From Bacillota bacterium (GTDB lineage: Bacteria > Bacillota_I > Bacilli_A > RFN20 > CAG-288): DNA of 64,000 bases. Under the pieces are notes generated by a model. The model was given only the letters and a program-made list of their open reading frames with translations. It did not search any database and was not told where the DNA came from. How positions within the stretch are numbered: the stretch's first letter is position 1; each line of letters opens with the position of its first letter. The position numbers and the translations under genes were made by a program. This document shows positions 1 to 10,352 of this stretch, one piece after another. The stretch spans positions 1,212-65,211 of the forward strand of contig DAISOU010000006.1 of NCBI GenBank assembly GCA_036830315.1, in the 5' to 3' direction.

Positions 1-1360
1 GCTGTGAATCATAGTTTTTGTAGAAACTCTCATGAATCACAACGTCTTCGGGTCTGTTTGACATCTGGTAGCAGCTGACTGAGACTAAAAGGAAGAGCAA
101 AATGGCGATGTTATATATGGTGTTGTCAATCAAGCCAATCAATTCTATAAATATCAGAAAAAGGAAGAAAAGCCACTTTTCATCGACGTGTTTAGATATG
201 CAGAGGAAATAGAGTTTTATTTCATAGAAGACAAAGGCGATAAGTCCTATCAATCCTCCTAATACCAATGTAGACAGAATAGTGTTAGAGGAGAGGATGA
301 CAATACCGGGATTCTTGACAGTGGCGATGATGGAGGTTCCGATGACAGGATTTAATTTTATCTGTTCGATGGAATAGGTGAAGAGATCTTTTCTCCATTC
401 GGCCTGTTCATTGAAGATATTGAGACTTTGAATGGCGACTAATACTCGATTGCTGAAACGTACATTGGTGCTAAGAAGAATAGTGAAGGTTATTCCGACT
501 GTTATCAGACAGCCTAAGACGATATAAGGATAGAAACGTCCGTATTTTCTGAAGGTCAGAAGAAGAAGGGGGAAGAATCCTAAGATCATGCAAAGAAGTC
601 CCGAATCAGCCGAAAGCATGATTATAGCTGATATTGCAAAAGCCTCTCCGATGATCCAGAGGAATTTCTTTTGCGATATCAGCATGCCAAAGAATGGCAG
701 TGAGATGCAAAGAAGAGTCGATGCTGTCTGACTGGTATAAGACCAGCCTAAAGTGAAGTCGATATCGACAAAGGAAAATCCGTTCTGGAAGAGATAGACT
801 AAGACTTCCAATGATATTGCAATGGCAAAGAAGGCAATTGTGTTTTCTAGATACGGAAGGGTTTCTTCTTTTCCTACGACTGTTGATATCAAAGCATATA
901 GAAGCAAGGCGACAAAAAGCGATAAGAGATAGAGAAGTGCGTCTTGGCTGATTGCTCCAGTCTGGATGGAGTTATAAAAAAAGGAAATCAGGAAAGAAAG
1001 AAGAAGAAGACCTAAGACATAGATAAGGCCTCCTCCCCGGAATCTGAGTTTGTTCAAGAAGATAAAGGTGATTATCGAAACTAAGATACAGGCCCCTATA
1101 TAATATAGATAAATAGGAATAGTCAGAAAACTGATTTTCTCTTTGCAGATGATAATCGGAAAGAGAATAAGAGGAAGATAGGCTCTTCCGTCAGGCATCA
1201 TAAGAGGAAGAAAGGCGGATAATCCTAATAGGATTGCCGGTATCCAGGCATAGTTTCCCGGTACTAGCCAAATCAAAAAAGCCAGTATCCCGACAGTCAT
1301 CGGGAAGAAGAAAGAACCAATATAGGATTTTACTCGGTTGAGCAATGTGTTGATTGGCAT
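1..1360 (-). CDS. O-antigen ligase/polymerase-like (Wzy_C-type) polytopic membrane protein, 3' end outside the window
   Basis: Absent from the ORF track because it runs off the left edge. Manual minus-strand translation from the ATG at 1360-1358 is uninterrupted. It reads MPINTLLNRVKSYIGSFFFPMTVGILAFLIW...MMPDGRAYLPLILFPIII...LSADSGLLCMILGF...NEQAEWRKDLFTYSIEQIKLNPVIGTS..., with more than 10 hydrophobic segments. The loop pattern resembles O-antigen ligase family proteins. Confidence 0.6.
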   Translation of the reverse strand, partial: MPINTLLNRVKSYIGSFFFPMTVGILAFLIWLVPGNYAWIPAILLGLSAFLPLMMPDGRAYLPLILFPIIICKEKISFLTIPIYLYYIGACILVSIITFIFLNKLRFRGGGLIYVLGLLLLSFLISFFYNSIQTGAISQDALLYLLSLFVALLLYALISTVVGKEETLPYLENTIAFFAIAISLEVLVYLFQNGFSFVDIDFTLGWSYTSQTASTLLCISLPFFGMLISQKKFLWIIGEAFAISAIIMLSADSGLLCMILGFFPLLLLTFRKYGRFYPYIVLGCLITVGITFTILLSTNVRFSNRVLVAIQSLNIFNEQAEWRKDLFTYSIEQIKLNPVIGTSIIATVKNPGIVILSSNTILSTLVLGGLIGLIAFVFYEIKLYFLCISKHVDEKWLFFLFLIFIELIGLIDNTIYNIAILLFLLVSVSCYQMSNRPEDVVIHESFYKNYDSQ

Positions 1361-1458
1361 ATATAAAGTATAGCAAAAAGAAAAGACTTAATTACTTCTC
1401 ATTTGTGTTTTGTCTGTTTGGAAGTTACAAATAAGTCCCTTAGTTATGGATAAAGGCG

Positions 1459-4400
1459 ATGAATTATAGTATATTTGTTCTAATAGAATTTATGGATAGA
1501 ATTAACACTTGGACTAATAAGGCAATCGATTGTCTTCAGCAAGGATTTGATAATCTGGCTATTTGGTTTAAGAAGACTTTTCTTCATCCTGGCGAGGCGA
1601 TGAAAACTGTCTATCTTCTTACTGTGGTAGGCCTTTGCTGTTTTGGATATACCTGGGTGACCCATAGTTTCACCGTTCCCTTAGGGGGAGATTACACTCT
1701 TCAGGAGATGACCTTCCTCTTTAACGGATACGATGACTGGCATACATTCTTCCGGACTGGTGTTTTTCCGACTTGGGACCGAAGTATTTTCTTAGGAGTC
1801 GATCAAGTCGGTGCCAACTCCTTCTATTATCTTTTCGATCCTTTCTTCCTAATCATGCTTATCTTCCCCCGCGACTGGCTTTTGACTTTGCAGGGTCTGG
1901 CTTTTGTGCCTAAGCTTGTCATCGGCGGAATGCTATTCTACTGGTATCTCAAGGAATTTGATATCTCGCCTAGAAACCGACGTGTCGGTGCTCTGGCTTA
2001 CGGATTCTGCGGTTGGTCATTCGTCTACCTGTGGTTCCACTTTATCGATTCAGCCGCCTTGTTCCCCTTAGTTCTTCTAGGTGTTGAGCGCATCTTGAAG
2101 AATCACGATCCCCGTATCTTCTTCGTCGGTTTCCTCTTAAATGCCATGGCCAGTTACTTTTTCTTTGTCGTCTTTATGTTTGGAGCCTTCTTCTACGCTG
2201 TCTTTAGATATCTGCAGACTGTCAGACAGAGAGAATCTCAGGAAAACTGGGCTTTATTCGGTCTTTTCTTCCTTTCCTTCTTAGTTGCAGTGTTTTTAGG
2301 GTGCTTTGTTCTTCTTCCCGGTATGAATGTCGCTTTAGGCATGCCAAGAAGCAATAGCAACAGCTGGCTTAACAACATCAAAGAAGCCACTTCCTTAGGG
2401 GAGATGTTCAAAGCCATCTTCAGTTATAGCAGTATCGGCGAATATCATCGTCTGACTCCGCTTGTCAACTTCCTCTTTATGCCTAATAACTGCTTCTACT
2501 CGAACTTGATGGATGTCACCGGCTATGACAATATGGCTGCCTCTATGTATACGACCATACCGATGCTATTGATGTTCTTTGTCGGATTAGTCGATGCCAT
2601 CAAAGAGAAGAAGACCAGTTATATCATTGGAATATTATTAGTTCTCTTATTGGTATTCTCACCGATCGGTTTCTATCTTTTCAGCGGATTCACTGTCGGA
2701 TATGCCAGATATTTCATCGTCCCGATGACTTATGTTCTGGTCTTTGATTTGATAACAATCGAAAAGAGAAGAAAGCTGCCTGCCACTTATCTGGATATTT
2801 CCTTTGCCATCGTCATGTTCTTGGATATCATCTCTGCTTTCTTAGTCGTCTACTATGAGAATACTTCTTCTTCTGCTCCTTATTGGGATTACAAGATGAT
2901 AGAGATCGTCTTAACGATTCCCTGGGTCTTTGTCTGTTATATCTTCATGAGAAGACTCTTCCACAAGAAGGAATTCTCCAGGGCGATGATGATACTTACT
3001 GCAATCGATGTCATTGTCATGGCCAACGTGACAATCACCTTCCAGGGCACTGTCAACACCGATTCGATGGCCGGCGGTCCTAGCAATATCAGCGAAGAGA
3101 CGAAGATCGTCGAGCTTTTGAAGTCGGATGAAAACAATGAGGATTACTATCGTATCTCCAATCCTACGGCTGACCGATACGATATCAATATCAGTCTGAG
3201 AGAAGGCTATAACGGATTAGGCGCTTTCCATTCCGTCTATGCTTTCGGTGCTCAGGACTTCTTAGTGAGAAGCCGTATCCCTTATGGCCGAGCTGATGAC
3301 TGGTCGATGGGTGTCCATAATCGGAGAATGAATATGGAGACTTTCCTAGGAACTAAGTATTATCTCGTTCCCAAGGCTGATTTGAATGATCTGATGAATA
3401 GCAGGGAATACGATATTCCCTACGGATACGTCAATATCCTCAAGATGAGCGAGAGCGAAAAGATTGCCTTGGGTGTCAATTATTCTGAAGATCTTCTCTC
3501 TTATCTGTCATCTTCTTCCTGTGATAAGGATCTTTATGTAAACAAGAACTTCGTCGATTTCGCCTTCCCTTACGATACTGTCATCAATGCCGACTGGCTC
3601 TGCACTGACTGGAGTGAGGAAAAGACTCTGAGCTGGCAGTGGAATCGCTATGAAGATATCAACGAATATCCTCTTTTGAGATATGCCATGCTCGATGACG
3701 AAGATTATCAGACTTTCTATAAAAAGAAGAAGTACAACACCGGTTCCTATACTGCAAACGGCGTGACAACCACTCTTGAGTATTCGACTACTCAGGCCAA
3801 TGCCACAAAATTTGTCCAGTCTCTTGTGACTTCCGACAGCTATGTCAAAGGCAATTCTGCTCCTATTGAATATGTCGGCGGCAAGAATAAGTTACAGGCG
3901 ACTGTCTATTCGGCTCAGTGGCCTTCGACTTCCGGCAATGTCGGCGGTGACTATCTGCAGTGGCCCTCTGATTATGATACCGAAGAAGAAAAGAAGATCT
4001 GGATCAGCAATCATCAGTTCGAATATAAGAACGGCATCAGTGCCGGAGATGTGAAGTTTGACTACGATACCCTCAAAGATGATAGCGGCAATACTGATGA
4101 CAGCTATTCCCGCGATGTTCTCTGGTATTCAAAGATCGTTCTGACTCCTAAGGATTCCGAAGGAAATCCTACCACCGTCTGCACGGAGGCAACTAGTGAC
4201 GATCCTACTTCCGGATGCTATATTTCAGTCAGAAATTCAGCGACTGGCGGTGTATACGGAATCACCGGCGGAGAAGATGACAGCAATTGCAACATTGAAT
4301 GGAGACTCTTTGATGCTGACGGAAATCTGATCTCTAAGGCTATACCTTCCTTTGACAGCTATAAGAATGCCCATGGCTACTATACTGACCGACCTGTTGC

Positions 4401-4959
4401 AAAGCTTGTCGGTATCGTCTATCAGGGAAACAAGACCACTCCCGCCTCTTTAGGACGTCCTTCTCTGTATATTCAGAGAGATTCTGATTATCAGGCTGCT
4501 ATCGACAGCCTCAAGTCTGAGCCTGTCACCATCAATTCCAGAAATGACAACACTGTCAACTTCACTGCCAATTACAGCAAGAACAAGTTTGTCGTCCTCA
4601 ACTATCCTTATCAGAATGGCTGGACGCTGACGAAGAAAAATGTCGAAAAAGACTCTGAAGACAATGAAGTCGTCACTTATAAGGAAGTTACTACCTATAA
4701 GGCTCAGGGCGGATTCATCGGTTTTGAAGCCTCAAGCGGAGAAGGAGAATACATCATCAATTACAAGTCTCCTTATTTCTCAACCGGTATGGCAATTACG
4801 GCTTTGGGGGTCTTGATTTCCTTTGTTTTCTTTGTCGCTATCGGAATCAAGAACCGCTATAGTCACTATAATGATCCTACTTTCACTTTGATGATTGAGA
4901 CTGAAAAAACTAAAAAGATAATCAAATACAAGGAGGATGACTGCGATGACGGATTGTAA
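1459..4959 (+). CDS. YfhO-family polytopic membrane protein (putative glycosyltransferase), unusually long at 1166 aa with a C-terminal TM anchor
   Basis: The N-terminal third is multi-TM with a YfhO-like motif (GGDYTLQEMTFLFNGYDDWHTFFRTGVFPTWDRSIFLGVDQVGANSFYYLFDPFF). A large soluble region follows, then a final TM (MAITALGVLISFVFFVAIGI). It is divergent from the ligase-like gene. Confidence 0.7.
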   Translation: MNYSIFVLIEFMDRINTWTNKAIDCLQQGFDNLAIWFKKTFLHPGEAMKTVYLLTVVGLCCFGYTWVTHSFTVPLGGDYTLQEMTFLFNGYDDWHTFFRTGVFPTWDRSIFLGVDQVGANSFYYLFDPFFLIMLIFPRDWLLTLQGLAFVPKLVIGGMLFYWYLKEFDISPRNRRVGALAYGFCGWSFVYLWFHFIDSAALFPLVLLGVERILKNHDPRIFFVGFLLNAMASYFFFVVFMFGAFFYAVFRYLQTVRQRESQENWALFGLFFLSFLVAVFLGCFVLLPGMNVALGMPRSNSNSWLNNIKEATSLGEMFKAIFSYSSIGEYHRLTPLVNFLFMPNNCFYSNLMDVTGYDNMAASMYTTIPMLLMFFVGLVDAIKEKKTSYIIGILLVLLLVFSPIGFYLFSGFTVGYARYFIVPMTYVLVFDLITIEKRRKLPATYLDISFAIVMFLDIISAFLVVYYENTSSSAPYWDYKMIEIVLTIPWVFVCYIFMRRLFHKKEFSRAMMILTAIDVIVMANVTITFQGTVNTDSMAGGPSNISEETKIVELLKSDENNEDYYRISNPTADRYDINISLREGYNGLGAFHSVYAFGAQDFLVRSRIPYGRADDWSMGVHNRRMNMETFLGTKYYLVPKADLNDLMNSREYDIPYGYVNILKMSESEKIALGVNYSEDLLSYLSSSSCDKDLYVNKNFVDFAFPYDTVINADWLCTDWSEEKTLSWQWNRYEDINEYPLLRYAMLDDEDYQTFYKKKKYNTGSYTANGVTTTLEYSTTQANATKFVQSLVTSDSYVKGNSAPIEYVGGKNKLQATVYSAQWPSTSGNVGGDYLQWPSDYDTEEEKKIWISNHQFEYKNGISAGDVKFDYDTLKDDSGNTDDSYSRDVLWYSKIVLTPKDSEGNPTTVCTEATSDDPTSGCYISVRNSATGGVYGITGGEDDSNCNIEWRLFDADGNLISKAIPSFDSYKNAHGYYTDRPVAKLVGIVYQGNKTTPASLGRPSLYIQRDSDYQAAIDSLKSEPVTINSRNDNTVNFTANYSKNKFVVLNYPYQNGWTLTKKNVEKDSEDNEVVTYKEVTTYKAQGGFIGFEASSGEGEYIINYKSPYFSTGMAITALGVLISFVFFVAIGIKNRYSHYNDPTFTLMIETEKTKKIIKYKEDDCDDGL

Positions 4960-6079
4960 CATTCTGTATTTTCAGGCCGGAGGACCGACGGCTGTAATCA
5001 ACGCTTCTTTTCAGGGATTATATGAAGAATATAAGAAAAAGAATCTTCCTGGTTCTTTCTATGTCTCTCCCTATGGAGTAGAAGGAATCCTCAATGACAA
5101 ACTGAAGAAGCTTTCTGATATCGGCAGCGATAAGATCGGTCATATGAACGGATCATATTTTGGTTCGGCCAGAAAGAAGCTTCCTATTTCTCCTTTGGAT
5201 CCTGAAGCCAAGAAGATCATCGAAGTTCTGAAGAAGAATCATATCGGCTATCTTTTCGTCAATGGCGGAAACGATACGATGAATACGGCCATGCTGATTT
5301 CTTCTTATGCTGAGTATTATCATTCTCCGATTGTCGCAATCGGCATACCTAAGACTGTTGATAACGATTTGGATGTCACCGATCACACTCCCGGATACGG
5401 AAGTGCGGCTCTTTATATCTCTTCCTGCATTACTGCTATCAGAAGAGATGATTTCTCTTATGAAAAGGGAAGAATCAACATCGTTGAAGTGATGGGCAGA
5501 GATTCGGGGTATCTAGCTGCCTCTTCCTATCTAACTGAAGAAAAGAAACCTGATTTCATCTATGTTCCCGAAGTCAGTTTTGACATTGATGTCTGCATGA
5601 AAAAGGCGATTTCGGTCTATGAAAAGACTGGTCACTGTCTTATTGTTGTCTCTGAGGGAATCAGAGACAAAGACGGGAATCTGATATCGGCCTTATCTAA
5701 GAAGGATGAGTTTGGGAATGTTCAGATGGGCGGAGTCGGATCTTATCTTTCTTCTCTCTTTGCCTCTAAAGGATATAAGACCAGAGCTATTGAACTTTCT
5801 CTGATTCAGAGAGCTTCTTACTTCCTTGTTTCTCCTACTGACTATAAAGAAGCCAAGAACTGCGGAAGACAGGCTTTGCGCCTTGCTCTTCATAATAAGC
5901 GCGGTGTCATGGTTACGATTGAACGTCTTTCGTCAGATCCTTATAAAGTCAGATATTCATATACCGATTTGAAGAAAGTCGGGGATCATTCTGTTTCTCT
6001 TCCTTTGAAGTATATAAACAGGGAAAAAGACAATATCAATCCTTCTTTTGCCAATTATCTTAAACCTCTTATTTCTTAA
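4946..6079 (+). CDS. 6-phosphofructokinase, PFK-A family with a PPi-dependent-type signature
   Basis: Motifs GGPTAVINAS, NGGNDT, PKTVDNDL and MGRDSGYLA. The ORF track starts at 4937, but AAGGAGG at 4930-4936 fits the second ATG at 4946 (9-nt spacer). Confidence 0.9.
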   Translation: MTDCNILYFQAGGPTAVINASFQGLYEEYKKKNLPGSFYVSPYGVEGILNDKLKKLSDIGSDKIGHMNGSYFGSARKKLPISPLDPEAKKIIEVLKKNHIGYLFVNGGNDTMNTAMLISSYAEYYHSPIVAIGIPKTVDNDLDVTDHTPGYGSAALYISSCITAIRRDDFSYEKGRINIVEVMGRDSGYLAASSYLTEEKKPDFIYVPEVSFDIDVCMKKAISVYEKTGHCLIVVSEGIRDKDGNLISALSKKDEFGNVQMGGVGSYLSSLFASKGYKTRAIELSLIQRASYFLVSPTDYKEAKNCGRQALRLALHNKRGVMVTIERLSSDPYKVRYSYTDLKKVGDHSVSLPLKYINREKDNINPSFANYLKPLIS

Positions 6080-6102
6080 TTCTGAATTTCGATATCGACA
6101 GA

Positions 6103-6127
6103 GGCTTCTCAATGAGAGGCCTTTTTT
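6103..6127 (+). terminator. Rho-independent terminator after pfk
   Basis: GGCTTCTC-AAT-GAGAGGCC stem (one G.U pair) followed by TTTTTT. Confidence 0.6.
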
Positions 6128-6179
6128 GCTGATTTCACTATAGATGGTTTATAATGATATTTTGGAGTGATAAAGACCA

Positions 6180-9020
6180 ATGACAGATAAATACAGAGAC
6201 TATATAGTCGTAAAGGGTGCGAGAGAAAACAACCTTAAAAACGTCGATGTTACTATACCTAAGAATTCCTTAGTCGTCTTTTCCGGTGTCTCAGGCTCTG
6301 GCAAGTCCACTTTGGCCTTTGATACCATCTTTGCCGAAGGACAGAGAAGATATGTCGAATCATTGTCAAGTTATGCCAGGATGTTCCTGGGTGATTTCCA
6401 GAAACCGGATGTCGACTCGATAGACGGACTATCGCCTTCTATCTCAATCGACCAGAAGACCACTTCTCATAACCCTAGATCCACAGTCGGAACGGTGACC
6501 GAGATCTACGATTACCTTCGTCTTCTTTATGCCCGTATCGGTGTTGCCTACTGCCCTAATCACAATATTCCGATTCAGGCTTCTTCTCTTCAGCAGATCT
6601 ATGACGCTATCTGCAAAAATCCCCAAGGCACCAAAGTGACCATCTATGCTCCGGTTGTCATGAATGAAAAGGGAACCCATCTGGCGACTATTCAGAAGTT
6701 CTTTGCCGCTGGTTTCAATCGCGCAAGAATCGATGATAAACCACTTACGAAGTATGAAGAATTGCCGATGCTAGACAAAAATTACAAGCATACAATCGCT
6801 TTTGCTATCGACAGGATGGTTTTAAAACCGGAAAATGAGTCCCGCCTTTTTGATTCTCTTAGAACAGCTCTTGATTTTGCCAAGGGATACGCCACTATTG
6901 AGATTGACGACAAGGAAGTTTTATATTCTGAACATCAAAGCTGTCCTATCTGCGGATACACAGTCCCGCCTTTGGAACCTCGTCTCTTTTCTTTCAACAA
7001 CCCTTTAGGCTGCTGCCCCGAATGCAATGGATTAGGAGTGAAGATCGAGGCTGACCCGGCCTTGATGATCGCTGACCCGACCAAGTCTATTGATGACGGA
7101 GCTATCGGCTGTCTCCCCAAACATAATCACGACACTATCGAGTGGAACGATTTCTACGCAATTTTAGATAAGTACGGTATTTCGACTAAGACTCCTTTCA
7201 ATCGTCTGAGTGAAAGACAGAAACACATAATCATCTATGGTCCTGATGAACCGGTGAATTATGTCTATGAGTCTCAAAACGGATCAAAGATCAATAAATC
7301 AGTTACTGAAGGACTGAAGTCCCGTATCGATCGATTGTATATGACGACCAAGTCTGAATTCATGAAGGCCTTCTACGGTTCCTTTATGAGTGAGAAGGAA
7401 TGTCCCTCCTGTCATGGAGCCCGTCTTTCTCCGATGGTATTATCCGTCAAGATCAACGGGCTCAATATCTTCGAGCTCTGTTCTCTTTCACTAGAGAAAA
7501 TCTACGCCTTCTTCCAGAACATCAAACTGACACCGATGCAGGAGAGCATCGCCAGAATGGTAATCAACGAGATCGAAAATAGACTGAAATTCTTAATCGA
7601 TGTCGGTCTTGAATACCTGACTCTTTCCCGCCAGGCTTCGACTTTGTCAGGCGGTGAAAGCCAGAGAATCAGATTGGCCACTCAGATTGGATCCAAGCTG
7701 ACTGGAGTTCTTTATGTCCTGGATGAACCCTCTATCGGTCTTCATCAGAGAGACAATGACAAACTTATCAAGACTCTCAAGGAAATGAGAGACTTAGGTA
7801 ATTCTTTGATAGTTGTCGAACATGATGAAGACACAATACTGGCTGCCGATTATGTTGTCGATATCGGAAAAGGTGCCGGCGAACACGGAGGAGAAGTCAT
7901 CTATTCGGGTACTCCTGAAGGTCTGATGAATGATAAGGATTCACTGACTGGCGATTATCTTTCGGGAAGAAAGCAGATACCGATGCCGACAAAGAGAAGA
8001 ACTTATCGTAAGGTCATGACTATCCGCAATGCCCGCTGCCATAATCTCAAGAATATCGACGTGAAGATTCCTTTAGGATGTCTGACTGTGGTCACTGGTG
8101 TATCGGGTTCAGGAAAGTCTTCTCTTATCGATGAAGTCCTCTATAAGAATGTGCGCGCCGATTTAGGTTTTAAAGAGACTGCCCCTGGTGACTGCGACGG
8201 AATTGATAACGACCGTGTTTTCAGTAAAGTCATCAATGTTTCACAGGAACCTATCGGAAGAACTCCAAGAAGCAACCCGGCTACTTATATCAAAGTATTT
8301 GATGATATACGCGATGTCTTCGCTTCGACTTCGGAAGCCAGGATCAAAGGCATGGGCAAATCCATGTTCTCTTTCAATATGCCAGGCGGTCGCTGCGAAG
8401 CCTGTCAGGGAGCCGGTGTCAAAAGGATTTCGATGAACTTCTTACCTGATGTCTATGTCACCTGTGATGTCTGTCATGGCAAGAGATATACGGATGATGT
8501 CTTATCCATTCGCTATAAAGGCAAGAGCATCGCCGATGTTCTTCATATGACAGCCGAAGATGCTCTGCAGTTCTTCCAGCCGATTCCCTCTATCAGAAAG
8601 AAGCTTCAGACTTTAGTCGATGTCGGTTTAGGCTATATGAGATTAGGCCAGGCCTCGACGACAATCTCCGGCGGTGAGGCTCAGAGAGTCAAACTCGCTT
8701 TTGAACTTGAACGTTATTCTGACGGTCATACTCTTTATATTCTCGATGAGCCGACAACCGGCCTTCATCCCGATGATATAAAGATGTTAGTGGTTGTTTT
8801 AGGGAGATTAGTCGATGAAGGCAACACTGTTGTCGTCATCGAACACAACCTCGATGTCATCAAATGTGCCGATTATCTTATCGATCTTGGACCGGAAGGC
8901 GGTGACAAGGGAGGCAACCTCGTCTTTGAGGGAACTCCGGAAGAAATCGTCGACTGCAAAGAGAGCTATACCGGCTATTATCTGAAGAAAGAGCTCGAGA
9001 AAGAAAAATATCAAAATTAG
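6180..9020 (+). CDS. uvrA: Excinuclease ABC subunit A
   Basis: 946 aa. Two ABC ATPase modules (GVSGSGKST twice, LSGGESQR / ISGGEAQR) and Zn-finger cysteines (CPICGY, CPECNG, CEACQG, CDVCHG). Confidence 0.98.
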   Translation: MTDKYRDYIVVKGARENNLKNVDVTIPKNSLVVFSGVSGSGKSTLAFDTIFAEGQRRYVESLSSYARMFLGDFQKPDVDSIDGLSPSISIDQKTTSHNPRSTVGTVTEIYDYLRLLYARIGVAYCPNHNIPIQASSLQQIYDAICKNPQGTKVTIYAPVVMNEKGTHLATIQKFFAAGFNRARIDDKPLTKYEELPMLDKNYKHTIAFAIDRMVLKPENESRLFDSLRTALDFAKGYATIEIDDKEVLYSEHQSCPICGYTVPPLEPRLFSFNNPLGCCPECNGLGVKIEADPALMIADPTKSIDDGAIGCLPKHNHDTIEWNDFYAILDKYGISTKTPFNRLSERQKHIIIYGPDEPVNYVYESQNGSKINKSVTEGLKSRIDRLYMTTKSEFMKAFYGSFMSEKECPSCHGARLSPMVLSVKINGLNIFELCSLSLEKIYAFFQNIKLTPMQESIARMVINEIENRLKFLIDVGLEYLTLSRQASTLSGGESQRIRLATQIGSKLTGVLYVLDEPSIGLHQRDNDKLIKTLKEMRDLGNSLIVVEHDEDTILAADYVVDIGKGAGEHGGEVIYSGTPEGLMNDKDSLTGDYLSGRKQIPMPTKRRTYRKVMTIRNARCHNLKNIDVKIPLGCLTVVTGVSGSGKSSLIDEVLYKNVRADLGFKETAPGDCDGIDNDRVFSKVINVSQEPIGRTPRSNPATYIKVFDDIRDVFASTSEARIKGMGKSMFSFNMPGGRCEACQGAGVKRISMNFLPDVYVTCDVCHGKRYTDDVLSIRYKGKSIADVLHMTAEDALQFFQPIPSIRKKLQTLVDVGLGYMRLGQASTTISGGEAQRVKLAFELERYSDGHTLYILDEPTTGLHPDDIKMLVVVLGRLVDEGNTVVVIEHNLDVIKCADYLIDLGPEGGDKGGNLVFEGTPEEIVDCKESYTGYYLKKELEKEKYQN

Positions 9021-9239
9021 TTTTCTTTCTTGAAGCTCTTCTTCTGGATATTTTTGTTGTGTTGACTATTGGAAAATAGTTGTTTTGAGGATGAAAATAA
9101 GGTAAAAGCTGCGACTTATTCTGTTAAGTTTCTGCTTTGATTTTCGTTTTGCTTAAATATATCCTCATATCAGATATCTAGATACCCTATTTTTGCATCT
9201 TTTAAGTTATAATATAGAACTATATATAGAGGTGCACTT

Positions 9240-10340
9240 ATGTTCACAAGTCTCGATTTGGCCAATCACTTTGGTTTCAAAGTAGTCAACGGTAACCTGA
9301 CTTCTCTTAAAAGGGAGATAACCGTAGCTGAACTTGACCGTCCCGGTCTTGAATTGCTCGGTCTTTTCCAATTTCATGAAAAAGACCGTATTATGCTTAT
9401 CGGAAACAAGGAAATGGCTTTGATAAAGGATTCTGATCCGGATTTTATTTATCATAACTGCATCCAGATTGCCAATCCCGAATGCCCGGCTATCATCATC
9501 ACTCATGATAATCCGGTTCCTGAATGTCTATTGAAGGCAGCCAAGGAAAACAACTGCCCTTTGTTTGTCTCTAATGCCGATACTTCAGATTTGATGTCTG
9601 ATATGTATATCTATCTTTCCGAGGCTTTGGCTAAGAAGACTGCTCTTCATGCCTGTTTGCTTGAGATATACGGAACCGGTGTTCTTCTTTTAGGAGAATC
9701 TGGAATCGGAAAATCTGAAATTTCCCTGGAACTCATCAAGAAGGGCCATCAGCTGATTGCCGATGACCGAGTCAATATCGCCTCTGTCCGCGGAAAACTG
9801 ATTGGGACTTGTCCGGAAAGCATCTACGGAATGATGGAAGTCAGAGGTATCGGCATCATCGATGTAGCCAGAATGTTCGGTATCAACTCCCTTTCCAAGA
9901 GAGAGCATATTAAGTTAGTTATTGATCTTATTTCCTTCAATCGCGATCAGCCGATGGAAAGAATCGGCATGAAGACAGATCGCTATGAAATCTTAGGTGA
10001 GTCTGTTCCTTTGATCAAATTGCCTGTATCTGCCGCCCGTTCTATGGCAGAGATCATTGAAGCCGCTGTCACTAACTTCAAACTTAAGGACTTTGGCTAT
10101 GATACCGGCTATGAATTCCAGAGAAGACTTTCTGAGATTCAGGAAAAACACGCCTTTGAGAAGAGACAGGCCGAAAGCATCATCCCTCAGAATCCTTATG
10201 ACGGAACCGAGAAGAAGACTATTGTCAGTATGAATCCTGAACCTGATGTTCCGATTAAACCGGACAGTCAGGGTGTTCATGTCAAATCTATACCGGTTGG
10301 CTTAGATGACGGAATCAAGAACAAGAAGTCCGGTCGCTGA
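9240..10340 (+). CDS. hprK: HPr kinase/phosphorylase with a roughly 55-aa low-complexity C-terminal tail
   Basis: P-loop GESGIGKSE, then LIADDRV and MEVRGIGIIDV. RBS AGAGGTG upstream. The position upstream of lgt matches B. subtilis. Confidence 0.95.
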   Translation: MFTSLDLANHFGFKVVNGNLTSLKREITVAELDRPGLELLGLFQFHEKDRIMLIGNKEMALIKDSDPDFIYHNCIQIANPECPAIIITHDNPVPECLLKAAKENNCPLFVSNADTSDLMSDMYIYLSEALAKKTALHACLLEIYGTGVLLLGESGIGKSEISLELIKKGHQLIADDRVNIASVRGKLIGTCPESIYGMMEVRGIGIIDVARMFGINSLSKREHIKLVIDLISFNRDQPMERIGMKTDRYEILGESVPLIKLPVSAARSMAEIIEAAVTNFKLKDFGYDTGYEFQRRLSEIQEKHAFEKRQAESIIPQNPYDGTEKKTIVSMNPEPDVPIKPDSQGVHVKSIPVGLDDGIKNKKSGR

Positions 10341-10352
10341 GAGGTTTAAACA

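Noticed and set aside
1191-1376. 61-aa minus-strand ORF from the track at the left end.
   Set aside because: A different minus-strand frame, starting at 1360 and open all the way to position 1, encodes a coherent polytopic membrane protein. The 61-aa ORF is an out-of-frame shadow of its 5' end.
9160-9180. 10-bp perfect palindrome TATCTAGATA upstream of hprK as an operator.
   Set aside because: It is a short AT-rich palindrome of a kind expected frequently in this composition, and no second half-site or known consensus matches it.
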